Assembly (NCBI GenBank): GCA_003647645.1
Contig: QMNG01000001.1
Location: forward strand, 7,938 to 71,937
Source of the DNA: a candidate division Kazan bacterium
GTDB taxonomy: Bacteria; Patescibacteriota; Kazan-3B-28
Reading direction: 5' to 3'
Length of the DNA stretch: 64,000 bases
Positions 15,101-23,545 of this stretch are shown in pieces. The notes beneath the pieces were generated by a model. It saw only the letters and a list, made by a program, of their open reading frames with translations, searched no databases and was not told the origin of the DNA. A program made the position numbers and the translations under genes. Every line of letters begins with the position of its first letter. Within the stretch, counting starts at the first letter, position 1.

Positions 15101-15535
15101 ATGGCGAAAACAAACCTGAAAATACTGTGGTCCAAATGGCTCTTATATATTTTTTGGGGCGTGCTCAGCGTGTTTGCTTTGAGCTTGGTAGGGATGTTTG
15201 GGGCTGATATGCTAACCCAAACCCAGGCGGATACGGGTACCACAATAAGCAGTGATATGGCTCATGGACGAGATTTTAGTAGCTATATCTGTGGGCCAGT
15301 GATGGGGGCCGCTACTGGCATCATCGGCGTACTGGCGATTTTAATGCTGGTTGTTGCGGGCATAACTTATGCCACATCAATGGGTGGCAGCGGCGCTAGC
15401 AACGCTAAGGAAATGATAATGGCGGCGATTACCGGAGTGGCCTTTTTTCTTATTGCCAGATCACTAATTGTCGGAAATTGTGGCGGAGACGGGGGTTTGC
15501 TGCAGCATATCCTAAATCAAACACTGGGTAGTTAA
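15101..15535 (+). CDS. Small membrane protein, possible VirB2/TrbC-like (T4SS pilin-like)
   Basis: Signal-anchor plus two long hydrophobic helices ([23 protein letters not shown]; [18 protein letters not shown]), a layout typical of T4SS pilin-like proteins; topology-based call only. Confidence 0.35.
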   Translation: MAKTNLKILWSKWLLYIFWGVLSVFALSLVGMFGADMLTQTQADTGTTISSDMAHGRDFSSYICGPVMGAATGIIGVLAILMLVVAGITYATSMGGSGASNAKEMIMAAITGVAFFLIARSLIVGNCGGDGGLLQHILNQTLGS

Positions 15536-15564
15536 AAACAAACAAACTTCGAAGTTTAAGCTTG

Positions 15565-18429
15565 ATGAGAGACACAATAGAGGTTCGGGGGGCGAGAGAA
15601 CATAACCTCAAAAATATTAATGTTGATATCCCCAAGAACAAGGTAGTAGTTATTACCGGTCTTTCAGGTTCTGGAAAAAGTTCTTTAGCTTTTGATACTA
15701 TATATGCCGAAGGACATCGGCGATATGTTGAATCGCTGTCGGCCTATGCCCGGCAGTTTTTGGGGCTGACCAATAAGCCGGATGTGGATAGCATAGAAGG
15801 ATTAAGTCCCGCGATTTCAATTGATCAAAAATCGTCCGGGAGCAATCCCAGATCGACTGTCGGCACCACCACGGAAATATATGATTACCTGCGATTGCTA
15901 TACTCTCGTATCGGAATTCCACATTGCCCAAAGTGTGGCAATAAAGTTGTTCGCCAGAGCATTGACCAGATTATTCAGCAGATTTTGCCGTTAAAGCTGG
16001 ATGAGGCCAAGATTTTGGCGCCGATTGTAGTAGATAGAAAGGGAGAATTTAAACAGGAGCTGGCAGATATTAAAAAGATGGGATATGTGCGGGTGATGAT
16101 AGATGGCATCATGCGTGAGTTGGATGAAAAGATTGTTTTAGATAAGAATAAGAAGCACAGCATTGATGTGGTGGTGGATAGGCTAAGCCTAAAAGTGGCC
16201 AGCCAGGATGAGAGAGTTCGGTTAGCGGACTCGGCAGAAACGGCGCTGAAACTGGGCGGCGGCAAGATGAAAATCACCAATGGTGACAAGATCTCTAACC
16301 CCAAGAGCTCTTCAGATCACCAAGAATGGTTCTTTTCTGAAACTTTGGCCTGTCCCAAGTGCGATATTTCTATTCCTGACCTTGAGCCGAGGCATTTTTC
16401 TTTTAATAGTCCCCACGGTGCCTGCCCTCGCTGTACTGGCTTGGGTGTGACGATGGAACTGGATCCTGATTTGCTAATTCCTAATAAGCGTTTGAGTATA
16501 GCCGAGGGAGCAATCCGTCCTTGGGGAGCCAATATGACAAGCGGCGGAGGCTGGAACCATCGCTTGCTGGAATCGGTGGCGAAAAAGTTTAAATTTGATA
16601 TTAATGTTCCGGTTGAAAAACTGGATAAAAAATCCTTGAAAATAGTTCTGTATGGAACCGGCGATGAGAAAGTGAAAGTATTTTACGACAGCCCGCAAGG
16701 CCGGAAGATGGAGTACAGCACTAAGTTTGAGGGGGTGATTCCCAATTTGATGCGGCGATATAAAGAGACCGACTCAGAATTTATTCGGGCGGAAATTGAG
16801 CGGTATATGGTGAGCAAAGTATGTCCCGAGTGCGGAGGAGCCCGGCTCCGCCCTGAGACGTTGGCAGTGACGGTAGATGGCAAGTCAATTGTTGATATAG
16901 CCCGAATGTCGATTCGAGATGCACTGAAGTTTTTTGCCAAACTAAAATTGAGCGGGCAAGATAAGACAATTGTTAAGCAGGTATTAAAGGAAATTGGCGA
17001 GCGTTTAGGGTTTTTACATAATGTGGGACTGGACTATTTAACACTAGATCGGCCAGCCAGCACCCTAGCCGGCGGTGAAGCTCAACGGATCCGTTTAGCT
17101 ACGCAGATCGGTTCCGGTCTTTCGGGCGTAATTTATATCTTAGACGAACCGTCGATCGGCCTGCACCAGTACGATAACGCTAAGTTGATTAAAACTTTAG
17201 TTAAATTAAAAGACCTGGGCAACACCGTTTTGATCGTGGAACATGATGAGGAAACGATTCGCTCTGCCGACTGGGTGATTGATGTCGGCCCCGGGGCCGG
17301 CAAGCATGGCGGCGAGATTGTGGCCGAGGGAACTGTCGCCAAAATAGAAAGGAGCAAAAAATCACTGACAGGGTTATATCTCTCCGGTAAGAAGAAAATT
17401 GAATTCTCCAGTACGAGGCGCAAACCCAACGGCAAGTCAATCAAGATAATGGGGGCATCAGAATTTAATCTCCGGAACATAAATGTGGATATTCCTCTGC
17501 AAATGTTTGTCTGCGTTACCGGCCTGTCTGGTTCTGGCAAGTCGACTTTAATTAATGAGATTTTGGCCAAAAAATTATCCCGTGTGTTACACGGAGCTCA
17601 TGCCGTGCCGGGAGCACATAAAAAAATTGAGGGCATTGAAAATCTAGACAAAGTGATCAATATTGACCAATCACCCATTGGCCGAAGTCCCAGAAGTAAT
17701 CCCTCGACTTACACTGGACTGTTTACTTATATTCGTGACTTGTTTGCCCAGTTGCCTGAAGCAAAATCCCGCGGCTATAGACAGGGGAGATTCTCTTTTA
17801 ATGTAAAAGGCGGGCGGTGCGAAAACTGCCATGGCGATGGAGTGATAAAAATTGAGATGCACTTTTTGCCGGATGTGTATGTACCATGCAGCGTGTGCGG
17901 GGGGCGTCGGTACAACAAAGAAACCTTGGAAATTCAATACAAAGGCAAAAATATCGCCGATGTTTTAGATCTGACCGTTAACGACGCCGCTGATTTTTTT
18001 GCCAACATTCCTCAGATAAAAGCCAAATTAGAAACCTTGCAGGAGGTAGGTCTGGGATATATAAAGCTCGGCCAGCCAGCGACTCAGCTGTCTGGCGGCG
18101 AGGCCCAGCGAGTGAAATTAGCAACAGAATTATCGCGTCGGGCGACTGGCAAAACCCTATATATTTTAGATGAACCGACAACCGGCCTGCATTTTGAAGA
18201 TGTTAAAAAATTGCTGAAGGTGTTGCACCATTTGGTAGAAAAAGGCAATACAATGCTGGTGATCGAGCACAATTTGGACGTAATTAAAACCGCTGATTGG
18301 ATCATTGATTTGGGCCCTGAAGGCGGGGACTTGGGAGGCAGAATAGTTGCGGAGGGCGCACCGGAACAAGTTGCCAAAGTAAAAGGTTCCTACACCGGTC
18401 GTTATTTGAAGAAAATGTTGAAGCAATAA
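15565..18429 (+). CDS. uvrA: Excinuclease ABC subunit A
   Basis: GARENLKN-type N-terminus ([10 protein letters not shown]), two Walker A sites ([18 protein letters not shown]), zinc fingers CPKCG and CxxCxGxG, two LSGGE ABC signatures. Confidence 0.97.
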   Translation: MRDTIEVRGAREHNLKNINVDIPKNKVVVITGLSGSGKSSLAFDTIYAEGHRRYVESLSAYARQFLGLTNKPDVDSIEGLSPAISIDQKSSGSNPRSTVGTTTEIYDYLRLLYSRIGIPHCPKCGNKVVRQSIDQIIQQILPLKLDEAKILAPIVVDRKGEFKQELADIKKMGYVRVMIDGIMRELDEKIVLDKNKKHSIDVVVDRLSLKVASQDERVRLADSAETALKLGGGKMKITNGDKISNPKSSSDHQEWFFSETLACPKCDISIPDLEPRHFSFNSPHGACPRCTGLGVTMELDPDLLIPNKRLSIAEGAIRPWGANMTSGGGWNHRLLESVAKKFKFDINVPVEKLDKKSLKIVLYGTGDEKVKVFYDSPQGRKMEYSTKFEGVIPNLMRRYKETDSEFIRAEIERYMVSKVCPECGGARLRPETLAVTVDGKSIVDIARMSIRDALKFFAKLKLSGQDKTIVKQVLKEIGERLGFLHNVGLDYLTLDRPASTLAGGEAQRIRLATQIGSGLSGVIYILDEPSIGLHQYDNAKLIKTLVKLKDLGNTVLIVEHDEETIRSADWVIDVGPGAGKHGGEIVAEGTVAKIERSKKSLTGLYLSGKKKIEFSSTRRKPNGKSIKIMGASEFNLRNINVDIPLQMFVCVTGLSGSGKSTLINEILAKKLSRVLHGAHAVPGAHKKIEGIENLDKVINIDQSPIGRSPRSNPSTYTGLFTYIRDLFAQLPEAKSRGYRQGRFSFNVKGGRCENCHGDGVIKIEMHFLPDVYVPCSVCGGRRYNKETLEIQYKGKNIADVLDLTVNDAADFFANIPQIKAKLETLQEVGLGYIKLGQPATQLSGGEAQRVKLATELSRRATGKTLYILDEPTTGLHFEDVKKLLKVLHHLVEKGNTMLVIEHNLDVIKTADWIIDLGPEGGDLGGRIVAEGAPEQVAKVKGSYTGRYLKKMLKQ

Positions 18430-18431
18430 AT

Positions 18432-18460
18432 TTGACCCGTATAGGCTAGCTTGATATATT
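18432..18460 (+). promoter_or_regulatory. Sigma70-like promoter
   Basis: TTGACC, 17-nt spacer ending in TGA, TATATT. Confidence 0.6.
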
Positions 18461-18466
18461 AGGCGC

Positions 18467-18687
18467 AGTACTCTTCATCAGTGAGTACTGCTCTCCTTAG
18501 AAGTCCGAGCTCATGTCATTCCATATTGTGGTGTGGATGGTGTGTGTGGTCATCAGATGATCTGCTGAGACTCCCAAGGTGGTCAAACCCTCCGGTCTAT
18601 CTACACCAAAGAGATTACTTCCTCCTAGTCCCGTTGGAATAGGCATTGCTTGGACAGGGGCTTCCTCCCCGGAAGCCCCGTTTTTTT
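18467..18687 (+). ncRNA. Candidate ~220-nt structured RNA or terminator-type leader upstream of ORF 18774
   Basis: Starts after promoter 18432-18460; hairpin gcagtactc...gagtactgc (18466-18491); ends in ggggcttcc-tcccc-ggaagcccc + ttttttt (18657-18687); no ORF of 60 aa or more. Confidence 0.35.
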
Positions 18688-18773
18688 ATAAATTTTTTTA
18701 TTGACTAATATCTTTGATACTGGCCTGATGAAAGTAGGACTATGAATCTTTTCTGTGAGAGAGGTGACATCTA

Positions 18774-19415
18774 ATGGGAGAGAGTACCTTGAGAGAAATT
18801 AAACTGTCTCAGTCGAGATGGTTTCAGAGAGAGCTCGCAATGTTTGAGAAGATCAATAAGTTTTGTGGAGGTGCATCCATTGTGCCGGATACGGCAGAGA
18901 CGGTTTGGCGTCCGGGATATGGTAGTCATCACCGTCTTATGCCATCAGGCCTAGGGTGGGAGCTGCTATTGGAGGGTTGTAGACGGGCTGGCATTAAGTA
19001 TAACTACCGGAGTTATTTTTTTCAGTCGTTGCCGACAGAAGCCGGGATAATTCATTGCGATTTCGAAAAAATTCTGCTCACGACAGACAGCGACTCTCGG
19101 CCCTTCATGCTCTATTATTCCGATCAAAAGAGATGGGTACGCGAGCAAGGCGGGGATATTCCAACTTCCGTCGAAGAGACGCTGTATATCCTATTGCGTT
19201 TCTATTTAGAGCAGAACCGGGTGCCGTTTGCCGCTTTCTGCATTCGTTGTCGCAATTCAGCCCAGGAATTTCGGGGCATACCGGCGGTTGAGTGGCAGGC
19301 AGAAAAAGGCCTGGCGGTAGTTTACACTTCAAATCATCCGAGCTGTTGTGCCACTGTTATTCCCCGCAAACTCTTTACCATACCTCAAATTATTGTTCCT
19401 TCCAGCTCTCCCTAA
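18774..19415 (+). CDS. Hypothetical protein inserted between uvrA and uvrC
   Basis: 213 aa; RBS gagagaggtga before ATG; Cys/Trp-rich, no recognisable motif. Confidence 0.45.
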   Translation: MGESTLREIKLSQSRWFQRELAMFEKINKFCGGASIVPDTAETVWRPGYGSHHRLMPSGLGWELLLEGCRRAGIKYNYRSYFFQSLPTEAGIIHCDFEKILLTTDSDSRPFMLYYSDQKRWVREQGGDIPTSVEETLYILLRFYLEQNRVPFAAFCIRCRNSAQEFRGIPAVEWQAEKGLAVVYTSNHPSCCATVIPRKLFTIPQIIVPSSSP

Positions 19416-19540
19416 AAAGAGCCTCGCTATATCTATTGATTGGGGCTCTTTCTTAATATTACAAGGGGACGCAAGACCAGAGATACAAGGCAACTGTAAA
19501 TCAATCCAGCCTCTTCATTTCTAAAGAACAAATGATAATG

Positions 19541-19569
19541 TTGACAGTGAGAGCGGATTTTGATAGCAT
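19541..19569 (+). promoter_or_regulatory. Sigma70-like promoter
   Basis: TTGACA, 17-nt spacer ending in TGA, TAGCAT. Confidence 0.5.
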
Positions 19570-19575
19570 GGCTAT

Positions 19576-19905
19576 TGTTGGCGGGAGTGCTTTATTTCCT
19601 GCCGATCTTACCACCTTGATGTCTATACTGCAGAACGGTGAGATGGATGTGCCTGTATGTCTGTCTGCAACACTCCCAGCTGCCTGCCTAATCTTGAGCA
19701 TTACAGGCGGATTAACCAACGTTGTCCCATAGGTGGACAATCGATGGGTTGGCGGCTAATAAGCTTACGAAGGGCTGAGATAGCTGGGATATTAGTGTTG
19801 CGATACCATCTGCAGTAGAGACCATATGAATTGTCTGGGTTGTTAGTACTCTTAGACATTCCAGGCAAGGGCCGACGGGACTTCTAACCGTCGGTCTCTT
19901 TTTTT
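19576..19905 (+). ncRNA. Candidate ~330-nt structured RNA or leader upstream of uvrC
   Basis: Long-range complementarity gggagtg (19575-19581):cactccc (19671-19677) and tctatactgcaga (19622-19634):tctgcagtagaga (19808-19820); terminator ccgacgg-gacttctaa-ccgtcgg + T-run at 19872-19905. Confidence 0.35.
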
Positions 19906-19950
19906 AAAAGAATGTTTGGCTCTGTTAAAACGAAAGGATAATATAAGGCC

Positions 19951-21765
19951 ATGAGGGAACAAGAATTGAAACGCCTACCTGATCAGCCCGGTGTCTATGT
20001 AATGAAGGATAGCCTCGGGAAGGTTTTATATGTGGGGAAAGCTAAAAACATCAGAAAGCGGGTAGCTTCGTATTTTAATAGACAGCAAAAGCCAGCCAAA
20101 ATAGTAAAATTAGTGGAGAAAATTCATAAGGTTGAGCCGATCGTGGTGAAGACGGAGACAGAGGCGCTGGTTTTAGAAAGTGAGTTAATTAAAAAGTATC
20201 GCCCGCCGTTCAATGTAGTGATGCGGGATGATAAGAATTATTTATACATTAGAATCAATCCCAAAGACAGTTTGCCTCAAATCCAATTGGTCCGCAGGGT
20301 GGCCAAGGACAAGGCAAAATATTTTGGTCCCTATGTTAATAGTAAATCAGTAAAAAGGACCATTCAGTTACTACAAAAGATTTTCCCGCTGTGCACTGCC
20401 AAGCGAGTCGGCCGAGCCTGCTTGAACTATCATTTAGGCATTTGTCCCGGTGTATGCATTGGTTTAGTAAGCAGCAAAGAGTACAAAAAGACAATTGATC
20501 AGGTAATAGATTTTTTGTCCGGGAAGTATGAAGAGGTCTTGAAATCAATGGCTCAAAAAATGAGCCATTTGTCTGAGTCCAAAAAGTTTGAACAGGCAGC
20601 TAGATTGCGCGACGCCATCAGGGCGATAAAAAATATCGGCGAACAGCAGCAGATAGTGACAGTTGATCTGAAAGCAAACCGGGATGTTATAGGGCTGACT
20701 CGCAAATTAAATAAGACGATTATATTGTTGCTGCAGATTCGGCACGGGAAGTTGCTGCATCAACAACAATACGTCATGGATTCTAGATATGAAGCCGGCG
20801 ACCCTGAGGTTATAGCCGGCTTTTTGCGGGATTACTACAGCCGGACGCAGGATTTTCCGAAAGAGGTGCTGTTGCCGGTTGCAATATTTGAAAATAATTT
20901 TTTTGAAGAATGGTTGAGCAATTTGGCCGGGCACAAGGTGGCTGTTACAAAACCGATTCGCGGCCGTAAACGGCGCCTAGTGGATTTAGCTATTCGCAAT
21001 GCCAAAGTGCGTTTTGAGGAAATGGCAAATAAATGGGGATTGGATAATCGGGGTGTAGGGGAAGGCGTTGAAAAGTTAAAGAAACTGCTGAAACTTAAAA
21101 AACTGAGCCGTATTGAGGCATACGACATTTCCAACTTTCAGGGAGCTGATTCGGTTGGTTCGATGGTGGTTTTTGAGCGGGGGAAAATGGATAAGAAGCA
21201 ATACCGGCGGTTTAGAATTAAGGGAGTTGTGGGTCCGAATGATTTTGCCTCGTTGACCGAAATTTTACGGAGGAGGTTTGAGCATAAAACGGGGGATGCT
21301 AAATTTGCCAAATTACCGGATCTGATTTTGATAGACGGTGGCAAGGGGCAGGTGAACGCAGCTAAGAAATCGCTGGGCAGATCTAAAATAAAAATTATCG
21401 GGATGGCAAAAAGGGGCTATAGTTCGCGTAAGGGCAGAGCTGCTTCCCCAACTCGGCGCGGTCCTGTAGATAGTTTGATAATAAATAATAAAATCGTGAC
21501 TTTGCCAAATCATAGTCCAGTGAAATACTTGCTTCAAAATATTCGGGATGAGGCGCACCGGTTTGCACTGAGCTATCATGTTCACATTCGTCGCAAGCGG
21601 ATGAGGGCTTCAGAATTTGAAAATATTCCCGGCGTCGGCCCGGCTACTCGCAGAAAACTGGTTAAAAAATTCGGTTCATTGGCAGCTGTTAAAAAAGCGG
21701 CAGAAAAAGACATCGCCAAAGTAGTCGGAAAAAGAAAAGCTGAGATGGTAAAAAATCAGTTGTAA
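19951..21765 (+). CDS. uvrC: Excinuclease ABC subunit C
   Basis: GIY-YIG N-terminus (GVYVMKD...VLYVGKAKNIRKRV), UVR domain (FEQAARLRD), C-terminal endonuclease and HhH region. Confidence 0.95.
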   Translation: MREQELKRLPDQPGVYVMKDSLGKVLYVGKAKNIRKRVASYFNRQQKPAKIVKLVEKIHKVEPIVVKTETEALVLESELIKKYRPPFNVVMRDDKNYLYIRINPKDSLPQIQLVRRVAKDKAKYFGPYVNSKSVKRTIQLLQKIFPLCTAKRVGRACLNYHLGICPGVCIGLVSSKEYKKTIDQVIDFLSGKYEEVLKSMAQKMSHLSESKKFEQAARLRDAIRAIKNIGEQQQIVTVDLKANRDVIGLTRKLNKTIILLLQIRHGKLLHQQQYVMDSRYEAGDPEVIAGFLRDYYSRTQDFPKEVLLPVAIFENNFFEEWLSNLAGHKVAVTKPIRGRKRRLVDLAIRNAKVRFEEMANKWGLDNRGVGEGVEKLKKLLKLKKLSRIEAYDISNFQGADSVGSMVVFERGKMDKKQYRRFRIKGVVGPNDFASLTEILRRRFEHKTGDAKFAKLPDLILIDGGKGQVNAAKKSLGRSKIKIIGMAKRGYSSRKGRAASPTRRGPVDSLIINNKIVTLPNHSPVKYLLQNIRDEAHRFALSYHVHIRRKRMRASEFENIPGVGPATRRKLVKKFGSLAAVKKAAEKDIAKVVGKRKAEMVKNQL

Positions 21766-21919
21766 TGTAAAATGGGCCTATGGAGTCCCGTTAGGGGTTT
21801 GCCTGAGTAATAAGTTATACTAAGGGTAGTCAACGGGAAGTTCAGCAGCATGTTTTTAATGTTTTGGAAGAGGTAATTTATACTTGTCTAGGTCATTTTC
21901 ACTAAGGATTTCTAACAAG

Positions 21920-22234
21920 ATGGAAGGAAACACTAGTTCAGGATTAAGGACAGTGGGGGTGATTGCCGGCATTATTGTCATACTGGGAGTTTTGGTAGTC
22001 GGCGGGCAATATATGGCTAGGCTGGCTGGCTGGGTGAGCGCGGATGTAGTTGACGATTTTGCTCAATTTAGCGCTGAAAATCCAAAGGTAACCGTAGAAA
22101 CTGAAAAAATCAGAGATATCCTCTATTTCTTGAGGGATTACCCGCTGGCAACAGATAATGCCCAAAAACAGGAGTTATTTCAAGAGTATGCGGCTGAGAT
22201 TGAAAAATGGGCTGCTGATTTGATGAAAAAGTAA
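21920..22234 (+). CDS. Membrane-anchored hypothetical protein
   Basis: Track ORF 21884..22234; ATG 21920 gives MEGNTSSGLRTVGVIAGIIVILGVLVV; hairpin attcgcttcagaagcgaat follows. Confidence 0.45.
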   Translation: MEGNTSSGLRTVGVIAGIIVILGVLVVGGQYMARLAGWVSADVVDDFAQFSAENPKVTVETEKIRDILYFLRDYPLATDNAQKQELFQEYAAEIEKWAADLMKK

Positions 22235-22296
22235 TTATTCGCTTCAGAAGCGAATATATAAATAGTAGTTTGTCCACATTGTGGATGTTTTGCGTA

Positions 22297-22325
22297 TTGA
22301 CAAAGAAAACGAACTATGATATAAT
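22297..22325 (+). promoter_or_regulatory. Near-consensus sigma70 promoter
   Basis: TTGACA, 17-nt spacer ending in TGA, TATAAT. Confidence 0.7.
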
Positions 22326-22393
22326 TTGCGTGAAAGTGGAGGGTTTGCGGGTAGATGAGCAAGCAAATAAACAACCCACCAATCAGGTGAATT

Positions 22394-23518
22394 ATGGTAA
22401 ATTCTGATGACAATCAGGGATCAGGGCATAAATCTGTGATTAAGAAGATTATGGTTGAGCAAGAAGAAAAAGCGCGGACTTCTGCTGATCCTTTGGTCGT
22501 GGTAATGAATGCGCTTAATGTCCTTAAGGAGCGGGAGCGCGAAGTTTTAATAAGCAGGTTTGGCCTGACTGGCGATAAAAAGGCCACTTTGGAGACTATT
22601 GGCAGGAAGTTACGGGTTACCCGTGAGCGAGTTCGTCAGATCGAAACAACTGCAATCAAGCGATTAGCCAACAGCCAGAGCAAAGAGCTGACACAACTGA
22701 TTAAAATAATAAACAGCTATATAACCGGCAATGGCGGTTTAACCGATCTAAAAGGGCTGGCTGAGTATCTTAAGGTTGATAGTGACCAGCGCGCCGAAGC
22801 CACGACCAACGCACTGCGTTTAGCTATGGCTGTAAATGGCGCAGTTTTGCCACTGGAGAAGCGCGCCGGCCTGAAGCCGGGCTGGGCACAAAAGCAGTTT
22901 CCCATCGATTTGTTAGTGCCGATTATTAATGAGGTTGAAAAGATTTTAGATGAAGCCAATCAGGTGATGTCGGACAGCGTGATCTGGGACAAATTTCAGG
23001 AAACTGATCTATATGCCAAAAATTCAGACAGGATCACTTCGTTGACGGTAAACGGAGCCATTCACGTGGCAATAAATATTACCCAGACCCGGGATGGCAA
23101 ATGGGGTCTAAGCTCGTGGCCGACTGTGGTGCCTAAACGGATTCGGGATAAGGTTTATTTAATTTTGAAACGTAAAAACGAGCCAATGCACTTTACTGAT
23201 ATTACTGAGGCAGTTAACCGAGAGTATCCCGATAAACAGGTGCTGAGCCGAACGGTGCACAATGAGCTTATCGGTGACGATCGGTTTGTGCTGGTGGGGC
23301 GGGGTATCTATGCATTGAAATCTTGGGGGTATAAACCGGGTGTGGTGGCCGACGTGATTCAAGATATATTAAAAAAGGCCAAGAGACCAATGACAACAAG
23401 CGAGATTATTGAAGCGGTCTTACAAATTCGCCAAATTAAGAGAAATACCGTTATTGCTAACTTGCAAAATCATAAGCTATTTAAAAAAGTGGGTCGGGGT
23501 ACCTATACGTTGGCTTAA
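22394..23518 (+). CDS. Sigma-70 region-4-like HTH protein with two HARE-HTH-like C-terminal domains
   Basis: REREVLISRFGL...ATLETIGRKLRVTRERVRQIETTAIKRLA is a region 4 signature; two repeats of the pattern ending VGRGIYALKSWGY and VGRGTYTLA. Confidence 0.55.
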   Translation: MVNSDDNQGSGHKSVIKKIMVEQEEKARTSADPLVVVMNALNVLKEREREVLISRFGLTGDKKATLETIGRKLRVTRERVRQIETTAIKRLANSQSKELTQLIKIINSYITGNGGLTDLKGLAEYLKVDSDQRAEATTNALRLAMAVNGAVLPLEKRAGLKPGWAQKQFPIDLLVPIINEVEKILDEANQVMSDSVIWDKFQETDLYAKNSDRITSLTVNGAIHVAINITQTRDGKWGLSSWPTVVPKRIRDKVYLILKRKNEPMHFTDITEAVNREYPDKQVLSRTVHNELIGDDRFVLVGRGIYALKSWGYKPGVVADVIQDILKKAKRPMTTSEIIEAVLQIRQIKRNTVIANLQNHKLFKKVGRGTYTLA

Positions 23519-23545
23519 ATAAAATTCAACACTACAAAATAACGT

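Noticed and set aside
18500-18548. 15-codon hydrophobic mini-ORF (MSFHIVVWMVCVVIR) in the uvrA-downstream RNA as a type I toxin
   Set aside because: Too short for known type I toxins, no convincing RBS, and no antisense partner evident. Mentioned only as a possibility within the ncRNA candidate.
19576-19905. Identification of the long non-coding units (18467-18687, 19576-19905, 44993-45265) as RNase P RNA, tmRNA, SRP RNA or 6S RNA
   Set aside because: The conserved cores are absent: GGAAAGUCCGG and ACAGAACCCGGCUUA of RNase P, the GGGG...tRNA-like CCACCA end and tag ORF of tmRNA, and the GGAAGCAGCC-type helix 8 of SRP RNA. No end-to-end rod typical of 6S RNA was evident. They are left as unclassified candidates.
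22279-22300. DnaA-box-like sequences (ttgtccaca/tgtggatg here; ttatccacc at 7891; tgtggatag at 32205) as a possible oriC
   Set aside because: Each has a mismatch to TTATCCACA. They are isolated rather than clustered, no dnaA or dnaN is nearby, and the pair at 22279-22300 is more simply a hairpin.
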